A stretch of DNA of 64,000 nucleotides from Lingula anatina (GCA_051362555.1 CM120644.1:18622534-18686533); one strand, 5' to 3'; positions 50,114-64,000 are shown, numbered from the stretch's first letter. The notes: generated by a model not told the origin, from the letters alone. Numbers and translations are program-made.

Positions 50114-53100
50114 CTTCATAAGATCGCAACCTATGGGATTATAGTTGTACAATGAAATAAATTTTACAATGAAGGATATTTGGCCAAGATACAGAGATTC
50201 TCAAACCAAGGATGTATATTGACTTAAACGTCCTTGCTCAAACACACCCAGCTCTGGAATGATTCCACAGTAACGCCAACCACAGATGAATTGAAATTTA
50301 ACAATTTATACCTCTCTGTTCCCGAATTAAGGACAGCACTGATATATGTGGTGGAGTCATGTCATAATGCAGGTGGCGTGATACAAAATTTTGCAGTGGT
50401 GAGTGCCACATCATCTCGTGAATTAAACCAGGATGTAAGAACTTATTCACGACATCACGGTACATGTAACAAGATAGCTAGCTTGCTGAATATCATTCAG
50501 TGACTCACTCTTTATGTAAGCATTTCTGAAAAAAAGTGTGAATCAAACACAACAACCTGTTCTCTTCTTTCTCTTTAACATTTTATCTTTCATAATGGTT
50601 TCAACAAAATAATTTTGTGGAAGATTTTTTAAAAGAGACAACTTCAGTGTTACATACGCTCGTGTGATACCAAATGTAATGCCATCTTTCTGTAGAAAAA
50701 AAAAATCTTGAATGATCATGGTATACTTTATTTCAACTAATGCTGATCATTAATTCCTGATATATAAGTACATCCATTATCATTAAATAACAACATTACC
50801 AAGTATAAGGTCAGTACGTGGTTCAATGAACTTGTCTGAAGGTTTTTTTTGCTCGGTAACTCCAAAGTCCCACTAGAAAAAGCATAATTATCAAAGAGAG
50901 CACAAAATGAGTTAATTTTCAAATTTTCTAGGGATTAATAAAACTCATACTAGTTATTTCTCAAACTGCACAGTGAATGCTTGCTTGCAACCACCTGCTA
51001 TATTAGCACCTACATATTAGCCCCCTTTTCCTATTGAAGGGTGAAGTTGAGTATACTATATATGAGATTTATATTCCAAAATTAATTTTTCTCCAAAAAA
51101 AAAATTAAATTTTTTTTTGACTACTCATAAATCTCATTGCTCAGGTTATATATGGATTATCGTTTTTGTTTCATTTTAAATTTAATAATTTAATTCTAAA
51201 TGACTGGTCAATTAGACTTCCATATCTTCTTGTACATTTTAGAAGGAACTATGACCCCATTCCCACAGACACTATCGGTGTACTCAGATAAAGCTGATTG
51301 CACTCAGCAAGAGTCCCACAGATTTGAAGCGATCTACACAAACCAATGGTGTCTATGGGAATGGGGCCTTAGACAGTATCCAGTGCCTTTATTTAAGAGG
51401 GTTTTTTTATAGGTTTTTAGGTCCTAATTGGAGAAGATATTGAGTAGCTTTGCTAAATATATGTAGACATAGGAATTATGACTTTGGTAAATTTTCAAAA
51501 GCAAAGTAATAGTCTGGCCATCATGTACAGTAAGAGAGCCGCCTAAGTGGAGCCATCATGCTTGACACATATACGGGCAAATAATTTCTTAAACAAAACA
51601 GTAGGAAGCAACTTGTGGAGAACCTGTAAAAGTCAGTAAAACCCCCTGAAATGCAATTTCACATTAGGAACCTCTCAATGAATGTACACTTTCTTAGTTA
51701 CTGTAGCGCCAAGAGCGTGTCGCTCAATGTGAATGGGACCCTCTAGTCATTCTGTAATCTGTCATTTTGTCTACTGCTAATTTGACGACTCCAAAACAAA
51801 GCCCAAGGTAATTAAGAGCAATCAAGAATCCATTCTTCTTCACCAGAACCAAAATTGTTAAGCACTGTGAGATCTTCCTTGAAATTTGAGATAATTGCTA
51901 CAATGCATTATTTATTGAATTAATTCCACTGTGTGAACTCATCAGATATTGTTGCAGAAAGGGAAAACAGTGTATTAAATGCAACAAGGAATTGAAGTGA
52001 ATAATTGCGATGGTACTCTTCTGATTAAATGATAAAGTGACTGAGATATATCTTAATTACAGCACTGGAAGATGAAGTGAGTCTATCTGTGAAATATTTC
52101 TTCTGAACTGGGCTATTTCTCAGAATCTCTTTTGCTAAAATAATGAGTTATAGGAAGACAACTTCTAGAGGTGATATCAACCAATGATTATATACCCAAA
52201 TAAGGGGCTTCTCAGTTTATAATCTATAAACTTGAAACAACGGAAAGTCAAAATTCACAATTGCAGCCTCAATCAGAAGACATGACAAACAGTGCATTAA
52301 AACCGTTTTCCATTCTGGCTGGATTCCAAAGTAGAAATATATATAGTACAAGCCAAAGTGAATAATTGATACTAATCATTACCATTATTTGTATCAAATC
52401 TTTTGCCAGACAATGTCTCAGCTTGAGAACAATACTGGCAACTGTTGTTTATAATATAATATTGATAGACACATTTTCTCGTTTATGGCCAACAATGCCT
52501 ACAGAAGCTAAAAATACACCTGTGATGGCCGATAATGTAGTAACAGTTCCACTCGATCTATGTTCTCAATTACCAGTAATACTTCATGCACCAAATGCGG
52601 GTAACTTAATGATATGTTTGCCTATAATGATAGCATTGCATGAAGACATAATTTCATGTGGATGACACATTCAATAAGGATTGCACAAACACAAAGGTAC
52701 CGCAGTCCTAGGGCCATAATATTTAACTTGATGGCTTCAGTTGAAGGCGCTTTTTAAAATTTCCCACCTTTAATAATTATGTAGAGGATGTATTACGGAC
52801 ATCTCGCTGTGTACAGATTTCTCTTTCAGAACTTATCATGGAGCCAGTTGGGCCCCTGGGCCCATGGTATGTCGGTACGCATTTCACAATCTGTTACGTT
52901 CCGCTCTTTTACTCCTTTTCATAAAATTGTTAGGGTGACTCCCGTTAACGCCCAACATAAATACATAATTATTAAATATAGCAAATAATTTTACTTTTCA
53001 AATATATTGAATTTATAAATTGGTCTTAGCACAGACTACGTTCCCATAACCTTATTGTATTAGCAGGATCGACCTTTCTCAGCAGCGATTCTCGCTAAGG

Positions 53101-55598
53101 TGCAGACAACGTAAGCAGCTTAATTGTCTGGCAGCCCCCCCCCCCCCCCCCTCAAAAAAACAACATGAACAACATCGTGGACCACAAAGTTTTTCCGACT
53201 TTACCAAGTACTTCATGTTAAGAGGGGGCATGGCAGACATTTAAGCGCTTAAATTGAATGGAATTTAGGGAGACTATCTGAGGAGTTACAACAATCCAGC
53301 CAGTACATTAGGGTTTGGGAATGGTCCCAAAGACCACAGTGACAATGAATTTAAGCCGTGTTTAGACTTAAAGGCTGCCTGCCTCATTTTGCTTTAATTG
53401 TTCTACCATTTGGTCTTTAAAACTAAGCCCATGCAGCATTAAGCTACTGTGATTATACAAATAATTTTTACTCATGGTCACAATAACTTGACCACCCTTA
53501 ATAATCTCTTGTATAACACTTTTAGACCAACGACTGGTTTAACTTGGATTTTAAAAACTACATGAAACAGATCCCTGGCAAACACTTTAATTATGGCCCC
53601 ATTCAGAATAGGGGACTAACTATTCCATGGGTCAAATATGGGCAGCCCACTAGAAAGCTTCATTGTCTATTAGCGAATTCTAAATGGGGCCTATGGCTTC
53701 ATAAATTATCTGTAATAGCATGTCTGAGACCACAAATCTTCAACTCCTATACAACTGCATGTACAAAGGTAAATCCTGAGATTAATTTTACTGATGTAAT
53801 CTTACCACAAACTAAAAATTTCATGTTTATAATATTGAATGAGTAACCACGCACCAATGAATTACACATCATGCAGATTTCTCCCATTTGCACTCAATGC
53901 CTTCTTTGATACACTCCACCTGGTTCAAACAGCACTCGAATTAATATAATAGGGCTCATTCCCAATAAAATAATCATTCTATAGAGATCGACCCGACTCT
54001 GTGGGGATCTTTGCTGAATGCAAACAGATAAACAAACGTCAGGGGCGGATTAAGGCCGTCTTCTGGGTCTTCCGGAAGACGGTCAGTTTTTCAAGTTTAC
54101 ATTGATGGGTATCTAATTTCGTCTGCCAGAACATGGTCAAAAATGAAGGATGAATCAACAAAGATAATTTGGAAGACTGTCAGAAAATATCTTTGGGTCC
54201 GTTCCTGAATGTGCCTCTTGGCATTGAGTAAATAACTGAAAAGCTGGTGACTTTGGCATTGAAATCAAGAGGTGTATTATTCTTTCATTTTGATTGCATT
54301 CAATATCAATATCCGACCACACTTCAAAAGAGATGCCGCCGATTCCCGATGGTTTCTCCACCTCCACACGCACCATTACTGTGAGGGCCTAGCAATTAAA
54401 CCTCAGAACCGAGATTTAATCCATTTAATGGTGCACGTGAAGTCTGGGAAACCATCGGGAATCAGCAGCATCTCTAAAGAAGTTTGGTCGGTCATATTTA
54501 TAGTCAGCAGATCAGTTAATTAGTACTTGGATCATTAGTTCTGAATGGGGCCTTTAACTTTTATATTCAGGTTAAAAAAGAACTTTGTACATGCATGCAA
54601 CCTTCTCTCTATATATAAGAACAATCTTAGATCCATTATCATAATGGTAAAATTTCATGGAAAAATGATATTCAAGAAAGGCCCGTAGCCGGGGGGGGGG
54701 GGGGGGGAAATAAATATTAACTACACTTAATTCATCAGTGCAAAACAATTTGTCCCCTTTTTTGTGGCTTCAAAAAATGAAAATGCTGGCAATAACGTGG
54801 AAAATGCATTTCTCGGTTTTCTAATCTACATGTATGCAGATCCCAGGCACTCAAAAAAATGTCATTTCCAGAAGCTAATAGGTATAATTCTTAGAGGGTG
54901 AACTCTAAAATTCAAAGGTTTATAGGAATTCGCTGGAACCTGAATAAAAATATTTATCCATTTGCCAAAATATCTATTTCCAAACATTGTAAAATGATGA
55001 AAATAACAATGTTGCCATTGCCTTAACACGTCTGTTTTTTTTTTTATCTGAGCTTTTGATCATGATCTGCCGTAAATCTTGTGGCTGCCAAAGGGCCTAA
55101 CAAAAGCATTGAACAAGTCTTGGAATTCTATGATTCTGTGGAAGCTAAGAAGTTGATATCAAATATAAATTAAGAAAACTTAACAAAAGGCTGAGGACAT
55201 AGGCATAATAATCAGAACTGAATTGAAGCACTGCATTAATTGGAGTAAACCTTTCCAGATAAAGAAATAAGAATTAAATAGATTCGTAAAAAAAAAAATA
55301 TATATATAGTGAAACACCTGCAAGGGTTATGAAGTGGTAATGTTGCATGTCATTGACTTAAGCACCGACAAGAGACACTCATACAGACAGTAAAAAAGGG
55401 AAAAAAACTGAATTCTCTGCAAATTATCTTGTACAAATTAATGGCCATGTATCAATCTTCTTCTCAGGTTATCTTGCATATGCTTGAATAACTTCCCAAT
55501 GGCTTAATTCAAGATAAAAAAACTGAATAATAGCTATCAAATTTGCAATTCAACTGATGCAAGTAATGCTCTCTATCATCTAGGCCCATGTAAACCTT

Positions 55599-55632
<34 letters not shown>

Positions 55633-56484
55633 GCATGTTTGTATGTTTTACAATATGTATGGGAATTTCATATGCATATGTTTCTTTTCTATTCTATCTG
55701 CCTATGCATGCATGTGCTAACATATGTGCTCATAAGTAACAAAATCTTAGGGACCATTCAGAATGAGAAGAGTCGAGTGCTAGCTGGTCCATGGCCTAAA
55801 TATGGCGAACCTACATAAAATGAAGACCACTTAATCCTGTAATGGTCTCTCTGCCTCTCACACACCTACCCACGCATCGTCCCTCAACCTGTCGAATTGA
55901 GCCAAGATTTAATTACTGTGCCCCTGTAGGGACGATGCAGGCTGTGGACCAGCTAGCACTCAGCTCCTTTTGTTCTGAATGGCCCCTTATACAGAAAAAA
56001 GAGCCTTCGGATCATTTACTTAATTTAACTAAAGTTATCAATTTTCCAGTGAACCACATTCATTCATGCATAAAAGATTCTTTGTGAATTAAGTGGATTA
56101 TGCCTTTTGTAACATGACTACAATACATCAGAATTTTATTCATTTGTTTCAAGTTACTGGATTTTGTGATGTGACTTTCCTTCATGGTGACTGTGTGAAA
56201 CATTCATTTATTTCTTTTTGTTAATCTGTTTTGGGAACAGGTCATTTTGTCCATACATTATTTCATCTTTATTTGTGAAGTGTGAAAATAAATTTCTCTC
56301 TGATAAATAAGTTAAACAAAATTTACTTAATTGTCTTTCTATCTAGCTCATTTCCATTTCCATTTCTTTTAGAACTCCAGTTTCTCTTTTTCAAATGAGC
56401 GACTTTATCTTCCAATTTTATCCCTTCTGTTTATGTACATTTCATGATAGTCAAAGAAATGTACCAGCATGTGCAGTCCTACTG

Positions 56485-56571
<87 letters not shown>

Positions 56572-57454
56572 CAGAACTCGATTACGGGGATTCTCTAACA
56601 GGGAGCCAGTGCATCTGCTTTAAAACAAGTGTATTATGAGTTTCCTTGGGTGCGCGGGTGAAAAGATCAGGGGCCGATCCAAAGCTATTTTCTGACAGTC
56701 TTCCAAATCATCTTTGTTGATCCATCCTCCACTTTTTGATCATCTTCCATCAGAGAAAATTAAATACCGTCAGTGTAAACTTGAAAATCTGACCATCTTC
56801 CGGAAGACTCAGAAGACGGCCTAAATCCACCCCTGAAGATGCACTAAAATTCTCATTATTGGTTTTCCTTTTTTTTTTTTACAGGAAATTGACCCAATAT
56901 CTTTCCCAGAATAGAACTTTTTTCACCAAACAGGTGCAGTAGAAGCTCAACAAATGAAGAAAAGTCACCTTTGCAGAAAACAAAGATTCTTTTTCTTAGA
57001 ACCCATTAATCCCTAGGCAAGAATTTCCCAGAACGCGTGTGGCAAAGAAGGGGTCATTAATCTCAATATACACCACTTCAAAAAGGTAACATTTTTTTTT
57101 CATTAATACATTCAAATCAAGTAAGATATTTCAATTAATATACTGAAAAATTTCATCTTTTTATCTGTTATTGTTCACGTGAGGCCAGAATGTAATATCA
57201 TGGTTCTGTGACTCTTACAGCTATCTCTGGTTCACCTCAAGCAAAACAAAATTGATACACGTGCTGCAAAATGTCAATAAAAAAACTATTTCTCGTGTCA
57301 TTACCTGCTGTTGGTTTTCCCGTTGTGTCTTCAAACGTGCCTCGATACATCGTCTAGTCTCTAAGAACGCTTGGCGCTGAGCGGCCTCCGTGGGGTAGTG
57401 AGTGAAGACCCCGGCAATATTCACACAGATGTACAGGAATACATTGGCAACTAC
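31283..57454 (-). CDS. ADCY5: Transmembrane adenylyl cyclase, ADCY5/6-like; 18 exons (873 aa) in window, N-terminal exon(s) beyond 64000
   Basis: Exons 57454-57305, 49545-49424, 45392-45153, 44729-44568, 43035-42888, 42477-42365, 42055-41899, 41296-41199, 40847-40763, 40178-40062, 39337-39179, 38592-38417, 37875-37734, 36952-36833, 36552-36406, 36216-36015, 35641-35517 and 31441-31283 are all GT/AG and in frame. Motifs: [115 protein letters not shown] and VKGKG.M.TYFL. Exact orthology (ADCY5/6 clade) needs a tree. Confidence 0.93.
32445..32668 (+). mobile_element. Short non-autonomous Helentron-type (HINE) element
   Basis: AACTAGAAAT..GAGAGTGCAGACCTCTGCCAAGGC ... ACAGACAAACAGGGGTGAAAATATAACCTCCTAGGCAGAG has a subterminal inverted repeat and a 3' hairpin. 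Confidence 0.6.
33000..34490 (+). repeat. ~335-340-bp tandem array (about 4.5 units, the last ones nearly identical) in the last ADCY intron
   Basis: The anchor TT(T/C)TGATG(C/T)AA.A.TACAT recurs at ~33004, 33337, 33664, 34001 and 34343; a degenerate outlier lies at ~31961. Confidence 0.85.
34890..35452 (+). mobile_element. Helentron-associated element with internal ~160-bp tandem repeats, GACGGC microsatellite and 3' palindrome
   Basis: CATGCTGATTTTCGAACTTGAC occurs at 34928, 35088 and 35249, followed by a (GACGGC/GAC)n tract at 35362-35405 and the hairpin ATGTACAGACAC-ATCT-GTGTCTGTACAT, then AAAAA. Confidence 0.7.
40445..40758 (+). repeat. ~39-42-bp minisatellite (TGTTGATTGTGTTAGTTGTG core); related tracts at 38280-38402 and 39350-39560
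   Basis: Direct tandem units are visible; they produce the spurious Cys/Val-rich ORF 40456-40767. Confidence 0.85.
46117..46284. mobile_element. Second ~168-bp [16 protein letters not shown] family with 5-bp TSD; copies at 32050-32212, 54040-54207 (reverse) and 56668-56835
   Basis: TSDs are AATAT (46117 copy) and AAGAT (56668 copy). The copies share the internal sequence TATTTTCTGACAGTCTTC...GAAGACGGCCTCAATCCGCCCCTG. Confidence 0.8.
46640..46814. mobile_element. Palindromic Harbinger-like MITE (GGC.CCATTCAGAA...TTCTGAATGGGG); relatives at 1908-2085, 7804-7985, 53594-53692 and 55750-55986
   Basis: Long hairpin arms with TWA-like flanks. Confidence 0.7.
56490..56570. repeat. (TA)n microsatellite; numerous other (CA)n, (GA)n and (TAA)n tracts occur across the window
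   Basis: Directly visible. Confidence 0.95.
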
Positions 57455-60400
57455 CTAAAATTGTCAAAGTGAAAGATTAAATTTAATCATGAGAGAATTT
57501 TCCAACAGCACAGTTAAAACAAAATCTACAAAATAACCCTACGTCACATTGTACTGAGGAAATTCAATCAAATGCAAAAGCACATGCCACTGTAATGTAT
57601 ATAATATTGATAATAATTAAACCAAGCACAACATGCACATTAACAAACTTAACTATTATATAAGTTTATTTTTATACAGCTAAACTCCAAGTCGAACAAG
57701 GTTTCCAATTCCCATTGACACCTGCAGTCTACATAGATAGATCCAACTCTGTGGGTGGTCTCACCGAGTGCAATCAGCTTAAATGAATGAAAGGCCTCTA
57801 CTTGGCATTGAGTGTAGAATACAGAAATGCTGGTGATGATAATTAACAAGACATTGGAAAAAAAGAGAATGTCCATTTTATTCAGTTAAGCTGACTGCAC
57901 TTAATTAGCAAGATTCCCGGCCCACAGACTTGGATCAATCTGATGGTGTCTGTGGGAATGGGGTCTAAAGCTTGTCTTTTTTTCTCATACTTTATCTTGA
58001 TCTTAATATCAGTAGAAACTTAATTAAAACTAAAAACAGAGTCAGACTTCAGCTTGGGGAGTGAAGCTAAAAATATAGCACTGTAACAGCTATAGCAGCC
58101 AGAGAAACACAGAAGCTGCCTAAGGTGTTGCTTAATTTGGATCCGAAACACTAATCAGACAAGTCCTTAACATTCAACATCATACCTGACTTTATTATAT
58201 ATCAAAGTGAAAGTAATTCTGAAATTAATTCATTAAAACTGAAACCTCAATATCCACTTGTAATACTTCCTCTGTTTATTAGCTCAGTCTGAATTGGGTT
58301 TTTAAAGAAACCAGTTTGAAATGACAATTTTATTTTACGCATGTCACTAGCAAATGGGTGTATAATGCTAAAACTACATGTAGCATGGTATATGATTTAA
58401 CTGGAGGACCAAAGTGTTCATAAGTACAAAAATAATAGAAATTGAAGATTATAGGATAATTCTAATGAGACGGAAAGATAAAAAGCAACAAACTGTGAAA
58501 AAAAAAAAAGGATCAATACAGAACTATGATCTGCCAGTACTTCAAATTAATCAGACAAATGCCATTACTAACACTGGGAAGGCTATAGTAATGTGAAATC
58601 AGATACTAGCTGTCAGGCAATACTACAAATTGAAATCTCCCATAAATTAAGGATGCATTAAGAGGTGTTTTTATAGTGGCAAATCAAGCACAAAAGCACC
58701 ACCTCCACATACTACACACTCTAAACAAGATTTATACCAATTCTGACACCCTTAATCCTTAGAAATGAGGAGAGGATCAAAAAGAGAGTATACATGCACC
58801 ACTGCTGTGATACATGTGCAATATTCTGTATATAACTATTAACCTATTTATAACTAATATATATATGGGGTAACAACACTGGAACATGGGCAACAAGGCG
58901 CCGATCTTCTGAGCACGTTTTTTTTTGCTTAGAATATGCACTGTATTTATTTTCATAAAGTTTGGAAAATGTAACATTAAACATAAAAAAATTATCAGGG
59001 AAGAGTACACTTAACTTCACAGAGTTGGGAAAGCAAGCTACGATCCTGAATTGGCGGTTAAACAGTGCTGACATGAAGCCATTTTTCGTGAGTTACATGC
59101 CAAAAAGTGGGCACCAGATATAGCTAATGTAATTAGTCCCATTTAGTATTCATGTGCCCGGGTCATTACGTCAGCGATGGAAATCTCCAATGTTTACGCT
59201 AAGTCCCTGGGCCGAATCTGAATGGGGAAATGAAGAGATGGCAGGTACAAATCAAGATGGAGTCAAACTCGTATCTCCCCACCCCAAACCCACCCTTATC
59301 ACATCATATATATTTTGCCTGTAGGACCTGGACATCAAAAAACAGTATTTTTCTTTTAGATCAATTAATGTGACTGTTATGATCTGCATAAAAAGTCGAA
59401 TCAAAGATGACATTTCAAATTACAGATTGTAATTGGATATCGTTAATCTTGGATGTGGCCCAAGAAATGGGGTTGATTTTCTCTTCAATAACCAGAACCC
59501 ACAATTATATTTCTGACAGTGGGAATATGATCCATATCATAATTTCATTACAGAAACAAAATTCACAGCAATCAATGTAATGGTGTCTGTCATCATTTAT
59601 TTAACTCATTCTCAGGAACGATCTCTGATCTAGGCCATGCAGATCAATATCTGCAATTAAGAGATCAAATGGCAGCTTGGCTATGCCTTTTTTATGGGCA
59701 TTGTAAGTCACATGGATAATTAACTCTTGTTGCAGATCTGAACCTAGTTTTTGGTGAAAATTGAGAATTTTAAAGGCATTAATGGAGTTTCAGATCTAAA
59801 ATTAGTTTTTGGATTAAAATTGGTAATTCCAAAGGCAAATATGGAGGCATGCATGCAGATCTAAACCTAGTTTTCGATAAGAATTGAAAATTCCACAGGC
59901 AAATATGGAGGTATGCAAAACACCCCAAACTCTATTACATGCATATTTTCGAAACAAAAATATCCTTTGCAAGGGAGATGATCAAGGGGGGGGGGGGGGG
60001 GGGGGGAGAGAAAAGAATTGACCCAGTCCTTTCTAGATACCTGGAACCCACCATTACTTCGTTTCACCTGGGAATAAATCCCAGGCAATGTGGAGAAAAT
60101 GTCATGTCGACCATCAAACATTCCAGTCAAAAGCCGATGCCATTAATGCTAATTACTTGATGTAAGACAGCAGAAAGCAATTGTTCATCTTCACAATAGC
60201 CAACCAAGTAATGGAACATGGAATTTGAAGCAGATTCAGCACTTTAAAGGTTACTAATGCAATTTATGTTAGACCTCAGTTGAGCAAAACCAAAATCCTG
60301 AAAGATTTATCAACCTAAATCTTGCATTAATTTTCTATACCCTACACAAAACTGCTGAGAAAATTACTATCGAAGATAATTGGATCTTATGATTAGAAAT

Positions 60401-61547
60401 ATGAGTAGGGTTTTGGATAGGGCATACTTTGGTGATGAAGTGTACAGGAAATGTTTTGGAATTTCCGAGAAAATCACTTATTTTGCTTGGTCTATTATGT
60501 TCAGTGTGCCACTAAATGACCACATTTGGTTTGATAATACCAGAAGCCATATTTGCTTTGACAATGCCGAAATTGCTGTCCTTTTCAAGCCATTTAACAT
60601 TTGTTCTAGGCAAATATAGTGACCTTCAGACCATCATCTGAGCCACACACTTCCCTGATAAACAATTAAGACAAGCAAAAACAACTTTCTCACTACCACT
60701 AATAATTAACGCCCATGCCGAAAGCTGGCACCTAAATAGCATCAATAATGCTAATAATAACTTGGAAGTTTTTTTCAATCATACGCAACAATAGACAAAT
60801 GCCACCGAGGCCTAAAACACAGTAGATCATAAATCAACCTTCCAATTCTCGTTACAGAAATGTCATTTTTCTCTGCTCTCTAGGGCTTCTGGGTCAGCAT
60901 GTCAGGACTAACTGAAAATATCAATTCTTTTTGTGACATTTCCCGAAACCAGTGGGAGGCATTTTGACTAGAACAACATAGTTTTCCCCTTGATAATATC
61001 TCCACAGCAAGATCAGAAACAATTTTTCAAATTAGTCTGAGAGAAAAAATAATCAATTTTCACACAAAAAGGTACTTGCAAAGATCAAGAGAAAGTTTAT
61101 TAACAAAATATCTGATATTTCCTGGAATAAAGCTCTATTTCTTTGAACAACACTGTTTCTGCCAGCTAGATAGGTCTCTAAACCAAATGTTATCAGCAGT
61201 AATTATTATCACTCCATTTGGGGAATGATATTTTACAATTTAATCTTCACAGATAGAGAGAGAAATATTGTCATTTAGTCAATCATTTTCCCTGGCAATA
61301 TCAATACTTAGACTCAGTCCAGATGGGAAGCATTTTGCAATCAGAAAAGGCATAATTTAGCTTGCTCAAGCATACAGTGTTAAGTGTACAGCATGTTTAT
61401 TTACTTATTTATTATTATTATTATCTTTATTTATTTTTATTTATTTATTTATTTATTTTTTAATCTAAAACATTGATTCAAGTTCATGAAAAGATATCAG
61501 TAAGTTTGAAATACTCAGTAGATGAGATTCATATAAGTCGTCATTAC

Positions 61548-61587
<40 letters not shown>

Positions 61588-62208
61588 GGAGATCATACGA
61601 GAGAGAGAGAGAGAGAGAGATCAAATCTACTGTGAACCCCAGCCATAATTGCTCAGAAGAGACTGAAACTTAGCCCAAGACATTAAAACCACATCTATAT
61701 TGCATGATGCGTAATGGGTATAAAATGTGCTTAGAGCTCCTAAATGATCCTGTAATCTTATTTCCCCCAATAAATCCGATTTATTTTTTAAAAAAATAAG
61801 TTTTCATCATTTTACTAATTCATTCTAATTCAATTCAAATGATTTAATTGATGGCATTATCAATTTCACTTCCCTGAGTTCAAAATTCTAAAATGTCAGA
61901 CAATAAATAAATGATGGCATCCCAATGCTTTTTGAACACATAATTGCAGCTGTCATGTAAGACTACGGGGCTTTCATGGACATGCATTCACTTTATTACA
62001 CATAAATTCACACTCCGATAGACCATATATCTTTTTTTTTTTTTGGTGAAGCAAACTTTTAGAAAAAAAGGACCTCTCATCAACTTAATTTTTCAAACAA
62101 TTTGTTTTGAGAGTACTTGGATATCTACCCTAGGTTCTAGATTTCAGTATTGCCAGCTCAGTCTTGATTTCAACCCATATCAGCAATACCGACTCACAGT
62201 AAAGCTTA

Positions 62209-62408
62209 CACCCCATTTCCATAGATTAGATCGACCTAACTCCCTGGAGGTTCACGCTAAATAGCTGTCAGCCGGGCGGACACGAAAGTTAATTACCCCC
62301 TTACAGCTTGTAGTAGGCGGGACGGACATTTAAGTCGGATTATCTGAAAGTAATCTAGTGAGACTCCCCGCGGGGATAGATCGATCTAAAATCTATGGGA
62401 ATAGAGCC
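62209..62408. mobile_element. Palindromic Harbinger-like MITE with TTA TSD, near-identical (reverse) to 9709-9921
   Basis: TTA|CACCCCATTTCCATAGATTAGATCGACC...GATCGATCTAAAATCTATGGGAATAGAGCC|TTA. Confidence 0.8.
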
Positions 62409-62807
62409 TTACACATGGAAAGGTGTAGTGAGCTATGCAAGCTAACTTTAATGCCCTGATACTCAGGGTACTGTATATCCCTCTTTGTAGAAGTGTGCAT
62501 GGGGCAAATTATTTTCTCTCAGCCAATAGTAAATTGATTCCAGATGGACTTTATGTCCACGTTGCCTCGCAATGAGGAAGAGCTTCTTCGATTCTTTGCA
62601 TATTTCATGTGAGCTTTTATCTTAGGAGAAAAATTCAGCAAACATCCATATATTGCAGTAACATAAGGGAAATATCTCACACTTTACTAGCTAGTGCTCT
62701 CATGTTTATTAGACCTATAAAATATAAAATATACTCTTGTTGTATGGGAATGAGTGTGGTTTCTTTAATTATGGGTAAATATAGAGAAATGCACAACATA
62801 CATAAGT

Positions 62808-62980
62808 CTGGGGTAGCGCTAACACTCGCCAATTTAGCCAAATGCTAAAACTGACTTAAACTGGCTAAAGAAAAGGGGCTTGATTTGACATGTTTTAGCC
62901 AAATTATAACCATTTTGATAACAAATTGACAAAAATATGGTGATTTGGCTAAGTGAAAAAAATTGTTAGCGCTACCCCAG
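62808..62980. mobile_element. 173-bp MITE with 17-bp TIR
   Basis: CTGGGGTAGCGCTAACA...TGTTAGCGCTACCCCAG, flanked by TAAGT/TAAGA, with internal TTTAGCCAAA repeats. Confidence 0.75.
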
Positions 62981-63631
62981 TAAGAACTTAGGCTGGTATA
63001 TATTATTATACACATATATTTTTTTATTTTTTGGTTTAGCCAAATGGATAAATTTTCTACTTCAAATAAACACTTTTAAATAATCCATATTTGCCTTTGA
63101 CAAATAAACAATCCTGGCAATTAAATGACATCTAAGGATCTCACATACATGAGCATAAAAAGAAATAATATCAAAATTAAACAAAAAAAAACATCAAATC
63201 TTAATTCATCATAAAATACCTTCAGTCATCTGCGCTCTCATTTCTGTAATGCACACAATTAAGTAGCAAAGTCACAAAGTGCATCATGCACAGACATGGA
63301 TGGATTTCAGATAATCAGACAAAAACGAATTGCAATTAATCTGAAGGTTGCATCTGAATATAATAATCGCATTTGTTCTTGTGCCTAGCATGGAGCATGA
63401 TCAGGGTCTCTGTATGACGTACATAGTAATATATCAAGCCTACTTCTGAAACATGGTGCACATTGCTGATGCCTAAAATGTTAAATTCATTCCGTAAGTT
63501 TGTGACAGCATTTCTTATGCAGATCTGAGAAATTAAAACAGTTTAAATACCTTAATTCATGCAGATAATTCAAAGTAAAATATCTCATCCTGAACGGCAC
63601 TCATGCTGAATTGCATAATTTTCACAGTCTG

Positions 63632-63664
<33 letters not shown>

Positions 63665-64000
63665 TTTGGTAATATATTTATTCCAACAGGCTCATTGGAA
63701 AGTAATTACTCTACAAATTTAAATGTCATAAATCACCAAAATAAATTAATATGAAAGAACCTTTGAAGGCAGCATGATTTAACACCCAGGCTTTAATTTC
63801 CCACCCACAGTAATGCACAAAAGCTAGAATCTGTTTTTGAATTTCATTCAGCATGCGGGAAATTGAGCACTTTGAATAACTGCAAGCATTGCATAAAAAT
63901 AATTTTGATGCTTTCTTCTCCTACATTCGTAATAAAAAAGGGAAAAAATGCACTGTTTTAATTTCCTTTAGATGAATCTAAGTTTTGCCTGGGTTTGAAG

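Noticed and set aside
57455-64000. Additional gene or ADCY first exon in the last 6.5 kb
   Set aside because: No long ORF or transmembrane-rich exon was found; the region is consistent with the long first intron of the cyclase.

Overview
AT-rich, intron-rich animal genomic DNA. The repeat content suggests a marine invertebrate such as a mollusc, but that is inference only. (1) 1-20.5 kb: a head-to-head inverted duplication carrying two intact but diverged homologues of the antiviral frameshift inhibitor Shiftless (SHFL/C19orf66/RyDEN). Their start codons are about 1 kb apart. The last intron of the + strand copy is expanded by a 9.8-kb, triply nested DNA-transposon insertion, and its intron 4 carries a captured promoter-like insert. 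(2) A tRNA-Ser(GCT) gene at 21.4 kb. (3) A two-exon LRR transmembrane receptor gene with no TIR domain and a tyrosine-rich tail (23.3-25.8 kb, - strand). (4) A nested MITE/IS3EU-like foldback element at 26.6-28.5 kb. (5) 18 exons of an ADCY5/6-like transmembrane adenylyl cyclase (31.3-57.5 kb, - strand); its first exon lies beyond the right edge. Many non-autonomous DNA transposons, a LINE fragment, minisatellites and microsatellites are interspersed. All exon models were read by eye from GT/AG sites and frame continuity. Family assignments are from recalled protein and terminus motifs, not database searches.
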